Part shown: one piece after another, positions 53,929 through 64,000 of the stretch
Numbering within the stretch: the first letter of the stretch is position 1
How the letters are laid out: the number at the start of each line of letters is the position of its first letter
From: Haliotis rubra
Taxonomy: Eukaryota
Direction of reading: 5' to 3'
NCBI RefSeq assembly: GCF_003918875.1
Contig: NW_025765536.1
Location: 682,001-746,000, forward strand
Length of the DNA: 64,000 bases
Translations under genes and position numbers: made by a program
The notes under the pieces: generated by a model
Seen by the model: only the letters and a program-made list of their open reading frames with translations
Told to the model about the DNA's origin: nothing
Database searches by the model: none

Positions 53929-55845
53929 TGTATCAGCTCCACCAGTTCCATCCCATGACCTTCACATCAGATAAAGAAGTAACTATTTCAATCTCTGCTA
54001 TCTATGTAACCTTACATAGCCATCACTACAAGCTCGGTTAAAAGCCACATGGTTCTGACATGACCCAGGAAGCGGCGGTGTCAACATGAACTTCACTGCT
54101 GCATCACGCCGGTCATCACAGGCTCATATCACCCACATCCACCAGCCCTAGATCCAACTCTACATCCTAACAATCTCATTTCCTGCTTTCAACTCCAAAT
54201 TATTGCAAATGGTGAGGATCTCGTCAAAAAACAATTTCCATCGCTCCCTGTTCTTATTTCCTTATCTTGAGCTGTGAATAACCACAGGTAATGTCTTCCA
54301 CACCACCAGCAAGTCAATGGGGTCCACGTGTTCCACACAATCACATGCGGAATGCCCACAATCATGTATATACACACATGGCCACTTGATACGATACCTT
54401 TCTCTCAACAAAAAAGGCGCTAGGTTTCCCAGGACAAAGGCAGCATGTAAAGGTGCATGTGCTCATTGTCTGAGAGCAACGCTACTCGTTGAACGGACAA
54501 GTCTTTCACCTAGCACCATACACACAAGAGGTAGAGAAGAACAAGCATATATATTTCTGTCAGTCAGCAAACACTGGAGTGGTCCTCTTACAAAAAAGTG
54601 GTGAATTCATCCACAGATTTACAACTAGGAAATACCGATATAAAGTAGTTAGCACCCTATACCTTTGTTTGAGCCCTAGATCGTGTTTCTGATAACACTG
54701 TGTTTTGAAAAGTCAAAAAGCTATCCGAGTCACTTAGCATAACTCTATCAGAGCCTACATACCTACCTGACTTTTATTGTATCCAGTGGTATATAGGTAC
54801 TGCTTGTTTACATGTTGGTGTCTTCTTTACTGAGCCAATACTGACAAACTAGTTAACACAATAGGCCCTCGCTGTGGATATTTTGACAGCCAATGTATCA
54901 AAGATAAATGCCATTCCAGAATGCATATAGCTGGTCCTAAAAAATATTTCTGACTGTCAGACTTAGTAAAACACCCCTAGCCATCAAATTTCTGCTTTGT
55001 CGTGATAAGAAATCTCTGACCTGGTTCGGAAACATTTTTAAACTAAAAAGACATTTGTGAATATGAGGAGTGTCATATCTTTCAAAACTAACTGCCTGAG
55101 GATATATTGGATTTTTTTTTTAAATTCACATTTGACACTCTTTACTAAAACTTAGGCTGGATCTCTTAGATTGTAGGTCTCTAGAAAAAGATTATTCTAG
55201 AAGGAAATTTTAATTTCATTAAACAACTTGATATTTATCACCATGATTTTGCTTTATCTGAAATGAAATCAAACTCAGATCAGAGCTATTTGAGAAAAGT
55301 TTACAGATGTTCGATGCCCCACAGCGAGTCATCATCTCCTAAATTACTTCCGAATAACATTCAAAGAGACAAATTCTGCCATCTAACGATAAGTTTTTAA
55401 AATCATATTTCACAAATGAGAACTTGTAGGTACAGTGCTGCCACTTAAACCACACACTGACTTTGTAGTCACCATATGTAGACGCTACAAATCAACAGGA
55501 AGCCTTTTTCTTCTGAGATCAAACTGTTTTTATCATTGGCCTATAGCCTGAAGCTGAAGAACATGGTTTTTTGGTGTCACCAGTCCTGTAAGTCTACACC
55601 AGGAAGTCGGCAGCTCTATCAGCAACACGGCATTAATGAAGTCAAATGAGTTAAACTGTCATCATGAACATCGGAAAACGTCTATAATCTTTCTGCTAGA
55701 TCTGTGCCGTTGTTATGATGCAAGCTTTAATTCCCTTCCTGCTCATCATTGTCCATCATTGTTTGTTATCTCCGAAGCATGTTCCGTGTCAAATATAATC
55801 ATGTACAAATGGACTGGCACGTTGGGATGATTGTGTGTTATACTA

Positions 55846-57340
55846 ATAAATCATGATCCTGCTGCTTTACTGTTAAATCATGATCATATGCTGTTGTACT
55901 GTTAAATCATGATCGTATGCTGTTGTACTGTTAAATCATGATCATATGTTGCTGTACTGTTAAATCATGATCGTATGCTGTTGTACTGTTAAATCATGAT
56001 CATATGTTGCTGTACTGTTAAATCATGATCATATGCTGTTGTACTGTTAAATCATGATCATATGCTGTTGTACTGTTAAATCATGATCATATGCTGTTGT
56101 ACTGTTAAATCATGATCATATGTTGCTGTACTGTTAAATCATGATCATATGCTGTTGTACTGTTAAATCATGATCATATGCTGTTGTACTGTTAAATCAT
56201 GATCATATGTTGCTGTACTGTTAAATCATGATCATATGCTGTTGTGTTAAATCATGATCGTATGATCATGCTGTTGTACTGTTAAATCATGATCATGCTG
56301 CTGTACTGTTAAATCATGTATGCTGTTGTAAATCATGATCATATGCTGATCATATGTTGTGTACTGTTAAATCATGATCATATGCTGCTGTACTGTTAAA
56401 TCATGATCATATGCTGTTGTACTGTTAAATCATGATCATATGCTGCTGTACTGTTAAATCATGATCATGTTAAATCATGATCATATGCTGCTGTACTGTT
56501 AAATCATGATCATATGTTGCTGTACTGTTAAATCATGATCATATGCTGCTGTACTGTTAAATCATGATCATATGTACTGTTGTCATGATCATATGTTAAA
56601 ATCATGATCATATGCTGTACTGTTAAATCATGTCATATAAATCATGATCATATGCTGCTGTATACTGTTAAATCATGATCATATGCTGCTGTACTGTTAA
56701 ATCATGATCATATGCTGCTGTACTGTTAAATCATGATCATATGCTGATGATGATCATATGCTGATGTGCTGTTATGATCATATGCTGTTGTACTGTTAAA
56801 TCATGATCATATGTTGCTGTACTGTTAAATCATGATCATATGCTGCTGTACTGTTAAATCATGATCATATGCTGCTGTACTGTTAAATCATGATCATATG
56901 CTGCTGTACTGTTAAATGTCACTGTTAAATCATGATCATATGCTGATGTGCTGTTAAATCATGATCATATGCTGCTGTACTGTTAAATCATGATCATATG
57001 CTGATGTGCTGTTAAATCATGATCATATGCTGATGTGCTGTTACATCATGATCATATGCTGATGTGCTGTTACATCATGATCATATGCTGATGCTGATCA
57101 TATGCTGCTGTGCTGTTACATCATGATCATATGCTGATGTACTGTTAAATCATGATCATATGCTGATGTGCTGTTAAATCATGATCATATGTTGATGTGC
57201 TGTTACAGCATGATCATATGCTGATGTGCTGTTACATCATGATCATATGCTGATGTGCTGTTAAATCATGATCATATGCTGATGTGCTGTTACATCATGA
57301 TCATATGCTGATCATCATGATCTGATGTGCTAACTGTCAA
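55846..57340. repeat. Minisatellite, 29-bp unit ttaaatcatgatcatatgctg(t/c/a)tgt(a/g)ctg, ~50 copies
   Basis: Directly visible ~1.5-kb head-to-tail array with some scrambled partial units. Confidence 0.97.
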
Positions 57341-58280
57341 ATCACAACACATGCTGATGTACTCCTATTCAATATCACATGCTAACATCAACTGATAATC
57401 TTGATACTCTCAATGGTCTTAATTTCATGGACATGTCATGATTGTCTGGTCCATTTATCATGAACTGTTGATACAGGATCTTATAAATGACTATGTAATT
57501 GTCATTCATATCTCCACATGAACTAATACATGACCCAATAACACCTCCATCTGTCTATAAACAGTTGTGTCACATCCCAGCACTACCTTTCTCTCAACCA
57601 TTTACACACCAATCAGAGACACACATCAAGCAACTGTATAGTCTCAGCAGAAAAAACCTCACCATACAAAAAACCTGCCTAAATGCCAAATATTGCACAT
57701 TAATCACAAAAAACAAGCCTGATACCACAGAAGAAGATGGTGTATGAGCCCCTCCAGTAATGGAGGGGAGATTTATGGTCCGGTATCAGTATGGTAAAAC
57801 CTTATTACTACCAGCATGCCACGAGATGATTGATGAGAGAGTGCGGTAAGAATAACAATGCATGATTAGTTCGCCTGCATGTGTTTGGTTCTGACAGGTA
57901 ACAGTCTTATCTGTGAGACATGTATACAAACATGGCTTCTAATTGCTACCAAACAGCTTCCCTAGCGACCAGATCAACTCATGCTCGTATCTCATGCCAA
58001 GGGTTACATCAGGTCTCGTAAACAAACTCAAACAAGCTCATTAAAATACTTCACCAGCCCCCTTCAAATGAATCTTTTCTTAATTCCATGTCGATTGAGA
58101 GACTTACAAGAAGAATTACAAGACTCGGGGCCAGTGTCAACAGTTATATAAGACGGAAGCTGGAGAATCTTGGGACTCAGTGCAACACTGCTCAATGGAA
58201 TCTGTTATTTAGATCCATCAAGTGAAGGCAAGATCAGACAATATGTCAAACAATGACTTCCCCCCTTCTCCTTTCTTCAG

Positions 58281-58478
58281 GTGTTGCTGGAACTCTAAAG
58301 ACAAGCTCAGTCTGGAATTATGGGAAGGTGCCAACCACTCTCCACAGACATGCTACTTCCTGTCTAGTTGCTTCCGTAATGTCTCAAAATACTTCAAATT
58401 ACCTTTGAAGTACGGAGCTCCAAATGGCTCTGCTCCACTACAACTTTCTTCAAAGTCCAGTGTTACGAGATGCCCAAG
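58281..58478 (+). other. Candidate 198-nt plus-strand exon
   Basis: Long pyrimidine tract cttccccccttctcctttcttcag|G and donor AAG|GTAAAG. One frame is open throughout. No homology recognised. Confidence 0.2.
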
Positions 58479-61400
58479 GTAAAGGCTCATATTCTGGGCA
58501 GGGCTTTTCAAATGTTCATCACTTCTGAGAAAAGGTATTTTCATAGTAAATATTTGATTGACTTAGATGTCTCCACAGGTGGTAGTTATAGCACATATGT
58601 ATAAATGCATCAATTCCCACCAGTGAGAATCACAAACAAAAACATCTATCAAAGTTTTTGCATTTTTTTATAATCCTTGTGAAAGTTATTAAAATATTAT
58701 TTCTGTACAAAAAACATCATTTGACAAATGTATCAAGTATCTTATCCCTCCAATTGGCATCTTCAGTAAACACATTATAAAAAATCATTTCAGTCTAAAA
58801 AAATTGTTCAAATTCTATTAATACAGTAAAGCTAATATTGACAGAAATTAGCAAGACATGAGTAACGATGTATGAACTTTTGAATTACTCACTCAGGCTG
58901 CAACAGTTTATTATGCTAAGTGCCTCTACTATCCTTTGACTTGTGATCCTAACCAAAGTCTCACCGCTGAAAGAGCCCACTTTGAAGTTACGGGAGCATG
59001 TATGAATAACAATAAACCTGACCAGACCTCCAAGATGGGGTAATTAATGTGTGTCTGCATGTGCGGAGAGAACCCTGATGAGCTGCATAAGAATAGCATA
59101 CAGACGGCCAATTGCATCAACAAAAAAATACGGAATCACAAAAAGTGGTGGCTGTTAACCCTGAGGGAATGGTAGCCGGCATTAGCATTGTGTTTGAAGG
59201 GATACAACTTAGGAACTCCCTCAAGAGTTCTCTATAGTTTTTCTCAAATTCAAAACAATTTCTGGGGAAATTGCCATAATCCATACGGACATCATATGCA
59301 TATTGAAATTCAGACAAATCCTTAAAGCACCAACAATTGCAGCCAGAACTGACACAAGTCTTCAGAAGCGTAGAGACTTCTCCCGCGTTTATTAATAGCC
59401 CTGACACCAGAACAAACTCGGGCATTCCCACTGGTCATCGGAGCATCGTCAGTCGGCTGCAATGATCGCAGGATTGCGACAAATGATTCCTACAGTGCGC
59501 TGGCGGCAATTGAAATGCCCAGTCTGACCCTCATAGCATCATCAAGTCAAAATGCCAGTTTTACAGGGAAAATACCAAATTTATTCATGGGCAATCCATT
59601 ATCGGTGTTTTGAATAACTCATTTTTCGTTAGCATGTTTGTCACAATTTCCAGGAATAATGGAGCTACGCAGTTGAGAGTGTTTTGCAGACGAGCCCAGT
59701 TACAGGGGAAAAAGTGAGTGTATTCAACGTCTATCCATCAAAACAAATACTTGTTATTTCAGTGTCAGCATTGAGATTACTGTACAATAATCTGCCTAAA
59801 CTAGATAGAATGAGCTGAAAGTACAACACCCTCAAGCTAAGGCGAACATCTGCAACATACATATGCAAATGCATAAAACATCAATCATAATTCCCCTAAG
59901 GAAAACAATAGGCAATTATTCAAATACATTATATTTTGTACCTACACTCTAACCTGACATACCACTCCTTAATAAGTATTTCCTTCTCATCATATGATCC
60001 ATGTTTCAGTCCACACTTGCTATTGTTGAGAAGTCAAAGTTTACATTTCCACAAATCAGAAAAATCCATTTGTGGCTCTACTTATGGCTATTTCAAAGAA
60101 AATACAGCTTGTCAATTATTTCCACTTAGTGTAATTCCTTCACTGTTGAAATGAAGAGAGTTGTGACATTTCAGATAAATCACCCTCTGCCACAGTGATA
60201 GCTCCAGTGATTTTCAGTCTCTTTTCTCAACGACACAAAAAGTCAGTAAGGCGTTTGTCCTATAATCTTGTCCTTTTCGCCAGTGTATTATACCTTTGTA
60301 GCACGCCCAACATTATTATTATGTGTCAAAATGATTCCTTTGGCAAGCCTTCCCTTTCAACTCGACCTGTCCAATTGTCCATTTCTGGCCACTTTATGTA
60401 AAGTAGTTTGTGTATAGTAGTATACGCTAAGGTATACTGTGTCATATACACTCAAGCAGATCTCATTGCAAACCGTTCACATTCGTGTTATTTACCTGAC
60501 CTTATCACCAGCTTCACCTGAATTGACCCCCAACACACTGGGCTGACATCAGAACACGACAAGATGATTCAAAACTGCTCAAGTGTCAAATGGCATATTT
60601 AACAGTGCCCAAATAACCAGTGAAAGAGTCCAGTGCTACTAGTAGTGAGTATAGACACAGTCGCTTCACAACGACTTGCAAAGAGGAACAGCTTTTTGTA
60701 GTCTAACTGGACTGGTGCTGAGCCACTATCAGATTTCTATCCATTAAAATGTCAGCTCCCTAGCAAATGTTGGTGAAAATCTTTATAAACAATATGACTT
60801 AGAGAGTATAAAACCTGACATTTGAATGAAAAGCAGTTAGGATGTGAAGATGCTATGATGTCTGGACACAATGGTAAAGATTGTCAGGTTTGACAGCTGA
60901 TACAAACAACATGGGTTGAAGGCCTCCCTAGGAGGCAAGGCTATGGTGCCGGTTCTCTTAGAACTTGTTTCTTTCTGGAAATCAAATTCATGAACTCAAA
61001 TAACAATAGGAGTTGCTTTAAAAATAGTTAAAGTGTATCTGTTTTGAGAAATTATGTACTTAACAGCATCTTCTCATGCTTATTTTGTCATCAGCTGTAT
61101 TCAGCTGTCAGTTATAATGACTTAACGGCAGGTGGAGACCATTGAAGACTCTGCAAGGACTGGTTGAAGACTCCCATGATGGTCGAGATGGGGGTAAAGG
61201 GTACACACCTATGCCAAACATAATCAAATAAATTTTGCAAGCTGTTGGTACTTTAAAGACTCCTGTGATTGTCAAGATGGTGGTAATGGGTACACAACTA
61301 TGACAAGCATATCGAGACAAAACCATGAGATAATTAAACAAGCTAATTGCATAGATAATTGCAAGCTATTGGTACTTGTGCTAAATAATTACCTGTGCCA

Positions 61401-63486
61401 CTATCAATGAACTTACTGTGTAAGTTTTCAGAAATGTATTTACAACCAAAATGTGTATGTCTACTTAGGTTGGTAGCTGAATATTGTTTTATGCCTCAAT
61501 AAAGAATGTTCCACGACATGACCATGGGACATCAAGAATGAACTTCACACATTTTACCAATATCTGGAATAGAATCAAGGAGTTTTGTTTCTTGAGACAG
61601 CATATTAACCACTCAGATACCATCTGTCCCTCAAAGATAGGGAACAGGTTTAAAATCCAGTGAAAGGGAAAAGAATGTCTATCTCTCAAAAGACCTCCCT
61701 GTCTCATTGAATTCAGGTATGATTCATACCAGACTATTAGAATCTGGATTTTGTCATACCAGCAAATTACACCCAACCAGCAATAAACAGATCTCATCTA
61801 CACATACATAATCCAGCAATTCTCCAATCTAGACCTTATGAATGAGCAATGCTTTTCCAGCACTTCTTGCCAGTGACCGTCTGCCGCCTGGAACACTCGA
61901 GCAGACGTCTTCCAATGATAAGGTTAAACTTAGGGCTGAAGTTCTACACAATGGCCAACTGTGCATGTTCTAGTAATCTTGACGTCTTCACCTGATAACT
62001 AGATCCCTTCCTCCAAGGCATCGGCCATTCAGAACAGAAGACAATCCAGACCAAGAGATTACCTGTGATATCAGAACATAAAATTGCCATTTGGTTCAGA
62101 CATGTCTGCTAAATGCAGACACACTACAAGCAGAAACATCATTCGTTAAGACGCTTTTGGACAGGATATATCACCTTGATAACAGCTGTTAAAAATGTGA
62201 ACAAAAAATCTGAGTTTGTTCTCCGTGTACATTACATGTTCAAATGTTTCTGGAGTAGATACATTAACCTTCTAAAATGGATATCACAACAGCTTTTCTT
62301 GTCATAAATCTTGTTATTTTTTCATCAAACGAGTAATCAAGCCTAAATAAACCTGTTTGAGCAGAAACAGATATTTTCTCTTCCAATCGTCAGAAATTTT
62401 CCAATCCCTATTTTTAGGACATCAAAAGATCCTCCTCTAGTACACCATCTTATTGCAGCAATAAAATGAAAGTCTCAGATTTGAAACATCTATCTCTTGT
62501 CCCAGGGGACTTCACAGCAGTCTGTGTCCAATAACCAACTTGTAATGAGACCCAAATAGTCTGTGTCTTGGCCAAAGTCTAGTAACCGTGTGCTGGGTGT
62601 CTGTGTGTCCTCCGTCCTGATAAAATAAACTTGCTCTCCGAGGAAGACTGCTTTTGTTAGTCAAATAATCAAGGCATCCTTCTAGCCTTGGAGGAAATCG
62701 GTTTTAGGACACTGTGTCACATTTAAAGTTGACAGATGTCAACAAAGTCAGGCCTGGATAATAAACAAAGCTCAATTATCTAAATTTGCTGCAGTTGAGC
62801 AAACATGTTTATGACAATTAGCTTGTTTCATTAGAATATTATCAGCTTGGAAATGCTGAGGAGATATAGAGTAAGCAGATTGAGCATGACTTTGAAAAGT
62901 TGTCATTAGCATGTTATCAGCTAGAGCTGAGCGGATATAAAGAAAGTTGCGGAAAAAGATTTTGGGAAAGGTTTACATTAAATCACAGCATGAAGTGTTG
63001 TCTTGAACATTGACACCAACGTGGTGCAGATAGAGCTGATTCATCTAAGACAGAAAGTACACATCTCAACAAGTGAAGGATTGTCTGGAAAATAGCATTT
63101 AAATATATACGTGGCTAGTCTTCGGGAGCTTTTAGATTGTTGGGAATATGAAAAGTAGCGGCAGTTGATAAGTGACCCGAAAGCCATCTATTTGGTACTA
63201 ACTGTAGCCAGCCATTTACTAGTTGAATATTTTCCTTAAATCTTTCAATAAATGATTGTGACTTTTGAAAGTAATTACATTCTTCAAACATTAAATCCAA
63301 TTTGTTAGATTTCAAATCTTTCGTCCTGAAGGTGAATTTTTAACACCATTTTCTCTACTAATAAACATTGGTTTCAATACTTAAAGGAGCCCAAAGTTCA
63401 AACCTAGCAACTTTGAATAAAATTATAATGCATATCTGTACAGCAGTTTATGACAATGAATTTCAACGAGATTATCAGTTGCACAT

Positions 63487-63649
63487 GGGGCAGTGGGGTA
63501 GCCCAGCGGTTAAAGTGTTTGCCCGTCACGCCTAAGGCCTGGGTCTGATTCCCCATATGGGTACAATGTCTGAAGCCCATTTCTGGTGTCCCTCACAATA
63601 TTGCAGGAATATTGCTGAAAGTGGACTAAAACCCAACTCATTCACTCAT
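63487..63649 (+). mobile_element. tRNA-derived SINE, family A
   Basis: Full-length match to the family A consensus, with (ACTC)-like tail. Confidence 0.9.
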
Positions 63650-64000
63650 TTGTGCACTATAAGACTTCAGTGGAACTGGACATTGGGAGCATTGTCCATC
63701 TTTAATGTCCTACACTATAAGTAAATAACAGAACAGCTACAAAACTGATGTACTGACTGATCTGTTTCACGAGATTACACCTATCTTTACCTCCAAACAT
63801 ATCAGATGTATTATCCAGGATCGGATGCAGTGTGCTGAGCTTGTATGTCTTTGAGAACAGAACAACCCCCAAATGAAACCATACTCTCCTAAAAGCCAGC
63901 TGCCCCTCATTGTCAAGTGCATCCCTGGTGTTTTTGTTCTGGTACATGTGACGGAGCTGGAGAACAGAATCAACATATTACCCTTCCCGATTGTTACACC

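Noticed and set aside
17743-57340. 28-, 29- and 43-bp repeat arrays as CRISPR arrays
   Set aside because: Units are head-to-tail with no unique spacers, there are no cas genes, and the context is eukaryotic.

Overview
AT-rich animal (eukaryotic) genomic DNA, essentially non-coding. The SINE families look molluscan and resemble abalone (Haliotis) repeats as I recall them; this is an inference, not a database match. No ORF in the track has a recognisable protein domain. There is no CRISPR array, rRNA or bona fide tRNA gene. Well-supported content: about 10 copies of a tRNA-derived SINE (family A), about 6 copies of a non-tRNA-headed retroposon sharing family A's 3' tail (family B), 2 copies of a third tRNA-like SINE (family C), a 582-bp TIR element with a 6-bp TSD, a hairpin MITE, three minisatellites (43, 28, 29 bp units), and a ~1.5-kb decayed ORF resembling an L1/Tx1 ORF1. 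The most interesting unexplained signal is a series of minus-strand ATG-initiated frames that each run into a splice donor in phase 2. This suggests, but does not prove, that the window is part of a giant intron/5' region holding an array of alternative first exons of a minus-strand gene whose shared exons lie left of position 1. Strong minus-strand acceptors and promoter-like motif clusters are also present.
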